A stretch of 58,480 nt of DNA, filler included, from Sphacelaria rigidula (GCA_964200075.2; 6 parts of 6 records of this genome joined end to end with filler, not necessarily neighbours in it); one strand, 5' to 3'. Counted from the first letter of the whole stretch, positions 35,601 through 48,818 are shown. The notes: generated by a model not told the origin, from the letters alone. Translations and numbers: made by a program.

Positions 35601-38600
35601 TTCTCGTAATAAAATAAGTCAGGCGCAGCAGAAGGAAGGTGGAGGGCTAAAACGAGGTAATAAACAAAAAAACTTCGGTGTTTGCCGTTCTTTCTGTGTG
35701 ACCTGGGCTGAAGCGGCCACATATACCGAAAGGGTGTAGACTGGCGTCCAGAATAGATGGGATGACGACAGACACATGCATACACACACAAGCGTCCTGA
35801 ATCTCCTAAACATCGCGTTTATCAAGCGATCACCTCACAAGTACCTTTCAAGCAACTTACATTTCAAATTTGGGCAACTTGGACGTAGATAAAATGGAAA
35901 CTAGGACCCCACCGGAATGTCATTAACTCCTTTGGCTAAAGGCGTAGAGGCGTATTATACCGCTTGGCTGAAACACTCAGACGCGCTCACGAGTATCAAT
36001 CATGATGTTTTCATGAGACAGTGTCGAACTGAACGGTGCTGATCGTATAGATCAAAACCTCTGGTTGCTCTCGCAGAGTATATTGGCGAAGTATTCGAGC
36101 TACAACATGGGTAAGATGGAGACGCTGGAAGCCGACCTTCGACAGTGCCTGAAGCGGCAACAGGACACTGAGGAGATGCAGCGCGGTATGGCCATGTAAG
36201 TGCCGGTCGACTATTGAATTCGGATCTTTATTGGGCTCACAGTCCCGAGTGTTCCCACCACACGCGCCACCAGTTTTGCTTACATTTGAGGTCTGTCAAC
36301 GCACTCTTCGCCCAGGACACGGTATGCATATCTCGTACCCGACGGTCCCCCATATGCCGTGGGCTGGGGTTAGGGTGAGAGTTAGAGTGGTATCCAGAAT
36401 GCGTCAGCCGCGCTATTTCAGTGGCAAGCTCGTGTGCATCTGTCACAGCGGTCAGCCGTGAGACGGTGGGCCTCAACCCTAAGTCGACGTTTAACCTGCT
36501 CTATAGCGATATCGAGCGCTCGTTCGGCGGTGTCTTTGCTCCAGGCATCTTCAAGCGGTGTCCAGGTGGCTGAGGGAGCTTCAAAAAGCTATCAAGATTC
36601 TCGAAGCATCCGGGCCGGCCGCAGTATCCGTCCCGCAAGGGCCGCTTGACGAGAACCTGACCTTGAATCAATCGGGAGGGATCATCTCCGAGGTATATAT
36701 GACCAGAAGCTCACGTCCGTTTCGAGCCACAGATTTTGGCTGCTGCCGCTGTGGTATGTGTCTGGAACACTGATGAACGGGGTTGTGTCGCTTCAAAACT
36801 GTGACATGTTGGGTTGGGGGCTTGAAAATAGAAGCAGATACAGTTATTGCTCGCTGTACGATGAGACAATATCACGGAAGCAAGAATATGATCGTCCCTG
36901 AAGTGGAGACTTGCCTTGACTCTACCTTGAACGTCGCCTACCCTGCACTGTCTCGAGAGAGTAATACCCTCCAGAAATATTTCGCTCAACAAACCCATCG
37001 ACAGTCGACGCAAGACGCCGACAAAATTACCCAAGACGATGCCGAAGGTGCAAAGGGTGCCCATGCTACGGGCAGAAGCGATGCCAGGAATTCTCGTGGG
37101 CGCTCTTCAGTGACGGGGGCAAGAGATGCTTCCAGGGCGATAGGCTCCGTGCTTCGACTAGTCCACGAGAATTCGCTCTTGCCTCCACCAGTGAAGCCGA
37201 AACAAGATCCGGATATAGTTGCACCGTGAGTGCTGCGCTCTCTACCGTAGCGTGTGGTTTGTCCTGAGGGTGACGCAGGCAGATACGCGGTACAGTACGC
37301 ATGCGAGGTAGTGGGAAAATATTGTCAACATATATAGAGGATAACCGTACAAGGCAAGGTTTATCGTATATGTGCACCTATTGCGTACGTGCATGTACCA
37401 CCAATACGATGTGTCGAAACGATCGTACGAATTGAGCTTGTAACTCTGCGCGACTAGACCTTCGAACCTTATTGACTGCCATCTGATTGTTTCAATAATA
37501 TCGTACCGTACGCACGTAAGATATACGGTATAATCTCCGAAACATAGTTGCATTGCGGCAGCAATAGGCAGTGATTACTGCATGCTTTCGATCACCCCCA
37601 AAATCTACCAACATTTCGGCATAATACATCACTTCCTCGCATTGCGGTGCCTTCCTACATTCGGGACACAACTCAGGATGAAATCGAGTAAGACCGATGA
37701 CGGCAAAGGCGGCGGGGGCGCAAAATCCAAGACCCCGGGAAACAAAAGGTCACGACGCCCCACCGCGCCATCACCGAAGGCCACCTCACCTAGCACCCTA
37801 CCAGCTTCCACACCCCCAAAGAAAGGGCGACACAAGCCCTCTGTTACGTTAGTTAGATCCATAAACCCCGTGGACCCATGGCCGATGGTGTCGACATCCT
37901 CGTCGTACCCACCAAAAATGACTCCGATCGCTGCTGATGCTGCCGAGACGGGAGGAGAAAATGGTGACAGGGAGTCTTCCCTTGCCGAGGTAGACCCACC
38001 GCTCTCATGTTCTACCGCCTCGTGGGGTAAACTTCCTTAGGGTTGAGTTCCTGGCAACCAGCTAATGCGATGATTTGGGAGAGATACTGATGATGAACGA
38101 CTGCTGAGAGATAGTTTCAGGAAAGGGGGGGAGGGAAGGATGTTGCCCTCGGGAGCCGCATCAAGGTAGGAGTAGTGGTTGACAGAACAGTGGTGCAGGG
38201 TGTAAGAAAAATGCTGTTGACCTAGGTCTATGCAGTAAATATTGGGCAGACGGGGAGGGTTCGACAACCTGGAAGAGAAATCAGCTCGAGCCAAGCTAGG
38301 GGCAACGTCGATGGAAGTGCCATAGTCCTGTGTCGGAGTGATTGAACGGTACGGATCTCTGCTTGCTGGTTGGAACAGTTTGAGACTCGTGTCGTCCGGG
38401 ATAGCATACCTCTTGGAATGGTTTCACATCTTCTCCACGGAAACGTATGGTGTGCGGTAGATAAGCTCGATAGTTTCCCACACCGCAATCACGTATCGAG
38501 ATAAAAGTGAAAATTTCCGACAAGTGGATATGACGAAAGGACCAAACGAAAAACACGCGACACAGAAAACAACGAAAATAGGAAAAAGAAAAAACTCACC

Positions 38601-38819
38601 TCACCTCATCCCAATCTGTTTTGTGCGGAGTGCTATAATTAGGTGGAGGCACCGGCGGTGACGCCCACGGAGGAAATGGCAAGTGATGTACCTGCCACGC
38701 AGCAGCGAAAGGCTGAGGAGCGGAGAAAAGGCCGGGAAGAAGCTATTAAGAAACGACGCGCGGACGAGGATGAGGAGCAGCGGAAAAAATGGGAGGAAGA
38801 AGATGCCATGGAGGGAGAG
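29622..38819 (+). CDS. Partial 12-exon gene: unidentified coiled-coil protein with a low-complexity, charged C-terminal part (~545 aa seen)
   Basis: Exons 29622-29691, 31536-31630, 32130-32268, 33047-33127, 33263-33328, 33528-33596, 34821-34928, 36077-36195, 36545-36692, 36975-37225, 37677-37989 and 38643-38819. All are AG/GT bounded, all splice phases match, and there are no stops. Example join: LQRDIESK|RNLLETLRKNEDEAKVAVEAAKKQIEETRIYLVRIQ|SILAKYSSYNMGKMETLEADLRQCLKRQQ. Confidence 0.75.
30114..30478 (+). mobile_element. tRNA-derived SINE (family 2), intronic
   Basis: A box tggctcaggtgg, B-box-like ttcgaatctc and a (CA)n tail. Full-length homologue at 35415-35790. Confidence 0.85.
35415..35790 (+). 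mobile_element. tRNA-derived SINE (family 2), intronic
   Basis: A box cggctcagttgg, then gatcgaatctc. Shares the 3' block ggtgtagactggcgtccagaat and the (CA)n tail with 30114-30478. Confidence 0.85.
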
Positions 38820-38956
38820 GTCGGAAACACGCGCACAAGTACAAATAAGATACAAGGAGACGAACAGTACAAGTTTCACTTGAACCTTTTCACGGTTAGG
38901 ACAAATCATCACGACTCAAAATCACCAAATTCACGATTTCTTCGGCCTGATTGCCC

Positions 38957-39056
38957 NNNNNNNNNNNNNNNNNNNNNNNNNNNNNNNNNNNNNNNNNNNN
39001 TTAATTAATTAANNNNNNNNNNNNNNNNNNNNNNNNNNNNNNNNNNNNNNNNNNNN
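38957..39056. other. Artificial contig spacer
   Basis: N44-TTAATTAATTAA-N44. Confidence 0.99.
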
Positions 39057-41487
39057 TTATCCAGCTTGGTCGGAACAGGGGACGATTCATCGGGGCGCGG
39101 TGTTGAGTTTGATACGCCAATCAACTCAATACCATCACTAGTTAGGGCCAACATGGGAGGTTTCGGAGACGATTCGTCAAGACGCGGGGTTCGTAAAGCT
39201 GTACTGGTCAACCCGGCGTCTATTAAAGGGGCCAACGTGGGCGAGTTAGGAGACGAGTCGTCTTGCGTAACACTTTGTTTGCCTCGTGACGAACACACGA
39301 TTGAGGTGCCTTCATGACTAGGGTGCGAACGTCCATGAGTCGGCGAAGTCTCTGTCCCTGCGGACGGCAACGCTTCATCAGAAATGGGTTCCAACGTAGT
39401 GCACGCGGGGTGGTCAGGGAGCAGTAATGATCTGTTCGAAATCTGGGGAGTACCGGTCTGTTCCACTCTAAGGTTTTCATCTGTCTGAGCCCACACGCAA
39501 TCTCCTTGGAGTTCACGTGCGCTTGCTTCATCAGGGTTATCTACATGATCATGTGGAGGAGCCCGTCTCTGGTGACGCATGTAGCGCACGAAAGGATCGG
39601 CGGCTCAAGGAGCTATTGAAATGAGTTCTTGGACAGTCGAACCTAGGTCACGCTCTTGGCGCACCACCTGAGTCGCTGTCACTTGGGGTTCCATTCCAAC
39701 CGGCCGAGCGACGGAAAGCATGGGTTCTTTGCGATTGCGGCCCTTCAAGGAATAATTACGCTCATCAAATAAAAGGGAGCCAGGAACCGTAGTTTTTGCG
39801 GAACTCGGTATGGTGGTTAGCCGGGCACTTGAGCCGCTGGGGGGTGCTTGAGTGTGTGGCTTCGAATTTGATGTCCTCCACTGGACAGGCGAAGGGACAG
39901 CGACTACCGTACCACAAGATATTTTGGCTCCTGATGCGGTAGAAACTGCACTACATGACTTCCTCTTCCCCGAAGAGAAGGGATTCGATTGAATACGATT
40001 AGTACCGGGTGCACGAAAAAATGGGTGATCAAATCCAGGATCCAAACTTTGGGTTTGGTCACTGCTCAATTGATCGCCATGCAACGGTGCACGGGCTTCG
40101 ACTGTCTTGGAACCCTTCAAGACAGTGTCAGCATACCCAGGGAACCCACACCACATGGTTGAACCCGCGGTGGCCACCTTTGATTCGTGCGTGCGATGTG
40201 CGTGACCTGGCCGAGCGAAAACAAATTGTTGACGTAAAAGTGTTGGGTACTTCTGCAGTGAATTACCGGTCATCGTATATTTCTAAATGTGAGATTGTAC
40301 CAACTAAATCAGAACTGACTTACAGAAGTAAAAAACAAAAAGGCAGGTGGCGGGGCTTAGTTTTTGGGCTAAGCAACGCGTCTTGGGTAACCCCACTGTA
40401 TGCTATTTGGAATCTCCGCAACTTGTAAAACGTTCCCAAAAGGTTGTCAGGTTGTGAGGTGAGCATCAGTGCTGTGAGGGTACCGCCCTGGCGGGGTTCA
40501 GCCGCGGCACTAGGTCCACTCATGTGTAAACGTCTACCGTTTTGTGAGTGGGCCGGTGCATTTGGATGAACGTGTGCCAGGTCAGGTGGGACAGGCGGTG
40601 AATCAGTTGTCGCCTTGGGGGCGGAGCAGGCGACCGTACGAACACAGTTGTGATTGCCAGACTTGCCAACATAGTCCAAAATGATGCGAAGCTTCCAAGT
40701 GTCTTCTTGTCAACACTTTATATCCTTGCTCCGCAATTTTCAGAGCCTTTGTGGATGTGCGTATCACGCGTTCTAGTTCGTTCTGTTCTGTTGGCTTTTT
40801 TTCGGGGTGGACATCTAAATTATGGGGGGCCTGAACGGGCTCCTGGACCCTTGTAGATACCTGTAGGCGGGCAAATTCCAACTCTCTGTGCTCAAGTTCC
40901 ATGTGGTGTGCTAAGTCGTTACTGCGGATCCGATCCCAGCACGCTGTTTGTTCAGCCTGTGAGAAGTTGTATCAATGGCGCGGTGGAATGAAGGCCGGAC
41001 GCTTTTGCCGAAGCCGGTCGTGTGTTTCGTCATTCGTGGGCAGGTATTGTTCCAACGTGGGCGACGGATCAAAAGCCAGAGTGGGGTGATCAGAGGATTC
41101 AGCACCGGTTTGGGTGTGGAGGTTATCGCCAGGAAAGGTTTTCGTAGCATCAGGGCTCACGTGAAGATATGCCATCTGAGAATGAAAAGGGGGAACAGCG
41201 TCAGCGTTTTGGGTGGCTGCTTGGTGTGTAGTGGTATGTTCACTGAGGGAGGGGGGGTGAGCATGGGGAGAACGACGGTCCCCATCGAGATCTTCAGCCA
41301 CATCTCTGAAAATACGTGCTGCAAGAACGCTCTCATCGTCGGAACAGTCCGGTTTGTTGTTGTCGACCGTCTCACTACGCATGGTTTGGGTTGACTTGTA
41401 CGGTTGTTCACCAGTGTCGGTAGGGATCGCACCCTTCTTCGTGACATCGTTCTCCGATGAGGTCAAAGGGCGGTTGATATCAGACAT
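39057..41487 (-). pseudogene. Decayed long intronless ORF of unknown type, interrupted by a repeat
   Basis: ORFs 40972-41487 and 40603-40902 share one frame. ORFs 39605-40273 and 39057-39589 share another. Each pair is separated by a single TGA. A repeat lies at about 40290-40526. Confidence 0.45.
40393..40526. repeat. Young dispersed repeat
   Basis: A near-identical inverted copy at 48585-48718 runs into the contig end. Confidence 0.9.
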
Positions 41488-43988
41488 TGCTTGTACACAG
41501 GCGCAATTTGCGCCGAACCGGTGACGTAGAGATGCAGAGGTTGAAAAGTGAACGTTTCGAAGTGGAATGGAGCATCGTTGTTGAGGACTGAGGCGGCGTG
41601 AACAAAAATAAAAAGGAACAGAGTGGCAGGGTACTGTCGACAGTCGATCGACATGTAGTTCCGCGCACTCCGCACATGCATGGGGTCTACCACCTTGTCA
41701 ATCGGGTGCAGACAAGAGGGAAGGAAAAAAGAAAATGTCGCAAGGCACACAACAAACCGTAGGTGTGTGTGTGTGTTGGTGGGGCGGCAATCAAACTGTA
41801 GTGTACACTGATGCCGTACAAAAGTGACAAAAGTACAGAGTCGAGCGCTTGTGTACAAGTAACATGAGCCTCGCGCATCGCCGTGTTCAATCATGCTCGT
41901 GTACAGACAACATTCTTATCCTGGTCCATCGTGCCGCATCGATATAATTCGGTGCGCATGGTGGCTCAACGTTCCGTGTTTGGGCAAGTGAAGTCAAATG
42001 TACAGCGGGCGGCGATTGAAATAGCCCGCGAACTCTCTACCTGCAAGTATGAATCAGCGTGTGTTTGGACACATGTCGGTCGATTCGGTTGATACGGAAT
42101 CGACGGACTGTGAGCAGGGGCGCTTGCGGGGGCAGGTGGTCGGGAGGGCAGTGAAAAAGCTACGGACCCTTGAGGGGCGTATCTAAGCAATGAACGTGTG
42201 AGCGGCTCCATTATCCGAGAACCGCCCGTGGGTGAAAAAGGACACGGCACTTCAGATTGAGTGTGCATGAAAACGCTATGCGTTCTCTGTGCAGTGTAAA
42301 ACGATGCCAGAGAGAGCGCATCCGCTACAGTGAGTTGGCTTGTAACGTCGATATGACCTACAGGGTACGGGGAATATGCTTGTGCAGCAAGAGAGGGCTG
42401 ACGTGTGCGTTCGTACCTTGAGCGCTTCATGGTTCGGTTGCCACTACCTGAAGCCAACGTGGGTACCGTATGACACATCGAACACCAGCAGCTAACTCGA
42501 GTCGGGATGTCTGTTGAACTCCGAGTAAAAGAAAGAACAGCTGTCTAAGAAGCTGTGTAATTACCTTGGTGTATTACACCGCTAAATCATGTAGACAAAT
42601 ATCAAGTGAAAACGAGGGCCGAAAATACAAGGTTTTCGAGAGAAAACCGTAAGCTGGTGCTTGGCTGTGTGTAAGCAGCGGCCGATCGAAAGAGAAAAAC
42701 CGTACAGCGTGAATAAAACAAGCTGCCCCTGAAGCCCCATGAATGTGGTAGTATAAGCAACTACCGCAAGCAGTAGTGCCGTATACACCGAACGCAAGCA
42801 AGCCACACCCTTGTGAGGTGTCTGCCGGCGGTCCTGGATTGACTTGTTACACTCGAACTGTAGGTTTCTCTCGCACAAGGCACTCGTCAACAGCAGACAG
42901 CTGTCATTAAAAGTAAGCACTGAGCTCTTTCTGACAAGGAAACATCACTAGACATCAAGGGGTTATATTACTTGTGATTTACTCGTGTTATAGCTCGTCA
43001 CAGCTTGCCGGCAGAAGGGGAGACGTCGCGCAGAACGGATGAAAAGCTGATGGTCCTTCTTGTGATTAGTTCTACGGTAGGTCTTTCTCTGACAGATGAA
43101 TAGCAAGTGAGCATCATAGGCTATGTGGCACAGGATTACCTTCCAAACCTCCTAGCTACGCATACAATCTTGTCATATAAATACCACTCAGCGTGGCGCA
43201 CTGTACGTCAAGCCCATCAAAGCTGTAGTAGCAGCAGGTAAACGCGGCTAATCGGGTACAATCCGGTATCTACCTTCAAGCTGCTGTGTCAACAATACAA
43301 GGATCCAACTCCTGCCTCATACAAACACACATTCGACTAGAATCTTTCCATACCCGCTGGTCGTTTCTAGGGACCATCTGCATATCCACAAGGAACTAGT
43401 TTTAATTCAGGCACTCAGTCATTTACCATCACACCAGCATCAGCAGACAGTCTCGTTTGAGCACGGACCCTGTCTGCCCACACCAGGTGCCGGACGAGTC
43501 TTGTACCCTACGTAGTGCGTGGTTTCGTGTTTTTGTGGTCCTGCGTGCAATGAAACTGCCGACGCCATAGAAGAATGGCCGCCTTTTCATCTGTGGTGGG
43601 AATTGTTCGAAACGACCCGAAGTCCCCTTTGATTTTGACCGAAAAATGTGAAATAGCGGATCGGCGCGTTGGCGGTATGTACGTTTCTGAAAGTTCCTCC
43701 CCTTGGCGTGATCTAGTGCCTGCTCTATTTCCGCACCCACGACAGAATGCATGATACATGATCTATGCAACGGTTCCGGCGGAATACGTACCCTTACTCA
43801 ATAGGGTGAGTTCCAAGATACAGAGAGGAGGCGCGTGTTACACGCGTTGAGTAACCTGCTAGGCTCTAGACGCGTAGTGACATCGACCTGGGAGGAGAGC
43901 TTACACCCTGTTGACGGCGCACACGCGGCCCTTTGACTACCCTTGAAATGTCTCCAGAGCGGTCAATTTCCGAGCCTCCCCAGGAAAT

Positions 43989-44110
43989 AAACGCCTCCGG
44001 AGGGGTGCGCGGCCCTCCAGTTGGGTACGTTTGAGTTTCCATCAGAGGGATTGAATCCCTCCGGAGGCTTGTTTCGTCTCGGATGGCCGCGCATCCCTCC
44101 GGAAGCATTT
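43989..44110. repeat. Small inverted repeat / MITE remnant
   Basis: ccggaggggtgcgcggcc pairs with ggccgcgcatccctccgg (17/18 match). Confidence 0.7.
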
Positions 44111-44992
44111 CGGGGGTGTAGCCAAATGGCCGCGTGTGCAAATGGTGTCCGTTTGTGGAATTGGCATCATATTTGGCTGAAATAAGCGTGATGATACAAC
44201 AACGCATCTCAACGCGACGCAGTCGGTATACGTGAACGCCGCGTGGCGCCTAAGCCCATCACTTGTGTTCTGCAAAGCTGCAATATCAGTTTTTGTAAAT
44301 GCAAGCGTTGTCCAAGTTTTTTAGGAGTCGTGCATTGTTGCGTTTTGTCCTTTTTTGTTGGTCTACTCCTCCGCCAGGTTGTTCTTCATCTCCCCCTCCT
44401 TCTCGACTGGCTGTCAGCGAATGTTTCCATTTTGTTTACGTCGGGTATGTCAATGTCGTTACCGTAACTGGGACCCTTGGGGATGCGTAGATTTGAGCCA
44501 ACCTATCCATCAATGTAGAATATTCTGGGTTTTCTGAACGCAGACACCGTTAATCAAATAGACTCACACTCGGGGATGGATACATGTAAACATGCCTGGA
44601 TGCTAGGGAAGTTGATATCGTGATTGGATAATGACATATGGGAAAAGGGCAAATAAGAGATACAGTTCTGTTATTAAAGGTATACCCGATATGGTGGTTG
44701 CAGCAAGTATCTGCTGAGAGGCTCACGACTCATCGCGTGGACAAGGAATGACGTGTTGTTATTGCATGAGTGGGTTTTCATGATTGAACCCCCTCCTCTT
44801 TGGGTAATGTTCAAGTGGAGTTTCACCTTTTACGAGGAGAGTATAATACACATTTTTGAACCGGGGTATCAATTCAACCACAGAGGTCCCACGACCTTTC
44901 TCAAACATAAACCGTTGCGCCGAGCAGGAAATTCAGCCTTTACCCTAGCGATCGGGCTATGCTTTGAGCGGGCGACCTCAGGGTTCATTCAG

Positions 44993-45270
44993 ACATGAAA
45001 ACGGACTTCGAAAAGCAAGTAGACGACCTCATCATGAAAATTCAAGAAGCCGACCAAGACGCGGCGAGGGAGATACTATCAGGATACATGGAGGAACAAG
45101 CGAAACATCTACAAGACCTGCGACGACAAAGTCAAGCACAGGACGAGGACCCGAGCCTGAGAGCGCGCGCGTCAGCGACAAGAGCGGCGGCTCCCCAGCA
45201 GCGCAATCAACCTACGACTACGACAGCATTTCAAGATGCACGTCTGCACACGCAGAATCAAGCCCAGATG
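44993..45270 (+). CDS. Isolated exon-like segment, helical/coiled-coil, product unknown
   Basis: MKTDFEKQVDDLIMKIQEADQDAAREILSGYMEEQAKHLQDLRRQSQ...QAQM|gtacag. No partner exons were found. Confidence 0.45.
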
Positions 45271-47094
45271 GTACAGCCTGGTATATTAAGAGTACGTTCA
45301 CGTAATAGTATAGCAGCGTGGGATGGTGCGGCGAAGAGTGGTGAGGAAGTAAGACAAAGGTACATGGTTTTCAAGCGACAGACGACAGCGTACTTTAACC
45401 AGAAAACAGGAGGTTCTATAAAATGAGCTTCATCAATGAAATGAGGTTTGAAGACCCTAGCCGTTGAATGACGAAAAGCCATCAGGAGTACCGCACGACA
45501 CTACTGATGCGCAATTTTTGTGAGGAGTAGGAAGTACGTCCGTGATTTCACATGCCGCCCATCCCTGGTTAGCTGCGGGCGACGGAGCATAAGAACGTTT
45601 GTTTGATTGTCGACGATGTTTTCACTGTTGTTCATCTCGATGCTCGTGTCCAGACAAAAATGTCGTGCGTGAAGTTGCTGTCAGTAAGGTCAGTAAGGTG
45701 CTGTCAGTGACGTGGTGGGGGGATGTCACTGCCAACGCAGTGATGTGCCGAGCCGATGACTGGGTGTCCACTGTCCTGAAGAATCGACGGCCGATGCACA
45801 ACGTGAATAGTCTATTGCACGACTCAACCGTACTGCAAATACCCGTCGAGCTTTCCAACCCGGTTCGAGCATATATGAGGCGGCAATGTCTCTGTCGAAA
45901 AAGAAATCGTTGGCATCCACCCCAAAGATCGCTTCGTACGGTCCCGCCATACACACCATCGCAACACCGCATCATGCTACATGACAGCATCTCGACCCTG
46001 CCCTGAACCGTACGTTCGTGCCCGCATCCCGACCTGTATGTGAACCTATTGCTTTCACTCTCCAACTGCGCCACTGCAACTCGAAACTCCAGCGTCATCA
46101 TTAGTTGCAATTGCAATCACCACCATCACCACCATCATCACCATCGCCGTCACTTCCAGTATCACAGTCATCACGGTCATCATCGGGAGCTACCTCGTCC
46201 TCCAACCCCTCTCGACCCGTGTGGCATCTGGCCCTCAGCCACCTTTGCTCGAACCCCGACCCACCCACGACCAAATCCCCGAGGGTGATCGCGATAGGCT
46301 GCTTCGCGGTGAGCCTCCCTTTCCTCTCTCGACTCTCTTGCACACTGGCTGTTACAATATGCTGCGTACCATCTGCGCCGCCTATCACAGCGGTAACGTA
46401 CGAGTCTCTGGGGCCGTTGTGCGGTATTTTCGACCCCGTCCGTATCCCATTCCAAATGGTAGAATGGACCCGTGTCTGAGACCTCCAAATACAGGGCCGC
46501 TTCCGGCTGGCAGGCTTCCCTGCCGGGTTCTAGGAGGCGCCTGAGTTGTCTGTTGGATGCGACCAAGACCATGCGAATACATTGCTGATGCAGGATTTCT
46601 TGAGGTATCGAATCCACAGCCTCTCTAGGCGTGTTGTATACCCTGTACTTTCCCCACAAAGGAATTTCAGGATATACGATCTTCTGCTGGCCGGGCTTCG
46701 TGATGAGGAACAGCTCGTTCATCTGATTGAACGTCGAACGCTGCGACCGAAATCAACGGTGGACAAGGTACAGACGGCCGGCGGCAACGAACATGAGAAA
46801 GTCAATTCGGAATACGGAGGAGGGGCGGTGGTTATAATCAGCGCTCAGACAGGGGTCTCAAAACCACGATGTGTAATTGTTCCCGAAACCATATGTCCCC
46901 CGGGCATCGCGATGTGGACGCGTCCATAAACGGACCCGGAAAAGACTGTTTTTTCAAGAAGTGCGGTAAAGCGGGAGGGAAAAAAAGTCGATACCACGCA
47001 GTAAAAAATACTACATCTCCAACGGTGCACGAAAAAACAAAACGCGCATCCATGTCCCACGTTTTATTTGGACCTCTCAGGGGGGTAGGGGGGG

Positions 47095-47330
47095 GGCGTA
47101 CTCGTTTGTTGCTTGCCTTAGTCGTTTGATCATTGACCACGCATCCCTCTCGAGCCGGAGCACCGTTCCTACTCCTAACAAAGACACCTCCAACATTCCG
47201 GCCCTCATTACGTTCCTTCAGCAGCTACTACGTTTTTTCCATACATTGCACAAAAACCTTCACATATCTTATCCCCGTTCTGTTTCGCCGTCTCTGGCCA
47301 CTATCTCCTAGTATAGATATCGTCTTCTCC
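47095..47330 (-). mobile_element. LINE 3' fragment (same family as 12950-13300)
   Basis: Reverse-complement match including ggagcaccgttcctactcctaa and cttagtcgttt. Confidence 0.7.
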
Positions 47331-48718
47331 CTACTGCTTAATGCATCAAACGATTGCATACCACCTTCGTTCACGCCCCGGATTTCCCCCTCTAGCACGT
47401 CCCGCGCCGTCCCGTTCCGTTCGGATAGGGGGGTAAGGGTTAATAGGTGTGTGCGTGTGTTTTTTTTCCGTGCACCCCCGACATTCCTTCAAATCGTGAG
47501 ACAGTCGCGTACATGTCAGAACGCAAACGGCGGTAAAGGGCGAGGAAAGAGAGGAGTACCGGATCATGGAGTCTTCATCGCCCCCCATGCAGCGCTGTTC
47601 TCACCTCCAGCTTGTAGCCGAAAGTCTGTGAAGCACTCGTCATGATTGTTTCGGCCGTGTCGCCTGGACCCCGAACCAGCAATCCTCCCGTGTCCGTGGG
47701 CAGCGCAGATGGGAGTGGTGTCGGCCCCACGTACACCTCGCCGACTGATATCATACTGCCGGCAAAGGTGGCACATGAGCATACGCGAGGTCGGAGTCAT
47801 TCGTGTAAGCTACACCTGGCACATCGGATATAAGTCGCGAGTGATCAAATCCGATCCAGTACCTGCACGTCGGCCAAAGACGCGGGCTAAGGATCGCGAC
47901 ACCTCGAGCAAATATTCGCTTTTTCGGGGGCTCACCTTTGACATCTCCGACTGAAGAGCCTTTTGGAAGGCCCTCTCCATACGGCCCTCAACCTCGGTCG
48001 CGAGACCGCGGTTGTGGAGGAAGAGCTCCGTAGGACGATCAAGCTCGAGAGCGACCTCCGGTGGCTGCGTGCTCTCCACCCCGATCCCCATCACGACATC
48101 TCCTGGCAGGGGGAACCTGTCCGACGACAGTACGATGATCCCGACGTCATGACAGATTCACCACAATCGATCAGTGTGAGGAGCACTCTGAATTCGATGA
48201 TTCCCGCTCGAAGCTTGGCTGAGACTTGCCCCAACATGTATCACCACGCAAGGCACGTGCAGGGGGTGGGGAGGGGGGGGGCTCTCACCGACGGATGTTG
48301 TATGTACGCCACGGGGTTGACAGCACTGTAATACTTCGTTGTGTCCTCAAATATTGTAATATTATTCAGTCGTGGCGAGAAAGCGAGGAACCGTGTAGTC
48401 ATAGTCATGGTCTGTGTCATACAACCCACTTCACACTATAGCGCAGTCAGCAATGCAATACACGCTGGGCCAGCCTAGAAGCGGATTTGCAGTTTGCAGG
48501 CCCAAGTTTCCTCCAATACCTAAAGAAGGACCCTGAAATTTGGTATGGACAATGAATAGGGCGTGAAAAAAAGTATTACATCGGCACATGCGTGGACCTA
48601 GTGCCGCGGCTGAACCCCGCCAGGGCGGTACCCACACAGCACTGATGCTCACCTCACAACTTGACAACCTTTTGGGAACGTTCTACAAGTTGCGGAGATT
48701 CCAAATAGCATACAGTGG

Positions 48719-48818
48719 NNNNNNNNNNNNNNNNNNNNNNNNNNNNNNNNNNNNNNNNNNNNTTAATTAATTAANNNNNNNNNNNNNNNNNNNNNNNNNN
48801 NNNNNNNNNNNNNNNNNN
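48719..48818. other. Artificial contig spacer
   Basis: N44-TTAATTAATTAA-N44. Confidence 0.99.

Noticed and set aside
39605..39607. In-frame TGA as selenocysteine or readthrough
   Set aside because: There are multiple lesions and a repeat insertion in the same region, no redox motif, and no visible SECIS. Decay is the simpler explanation.
9710..48774. TTAATTAATTAA repeated at ~9.76-kb intervals
   Set aside because: It is an assembly linker inside N runs, not biological periodicity.
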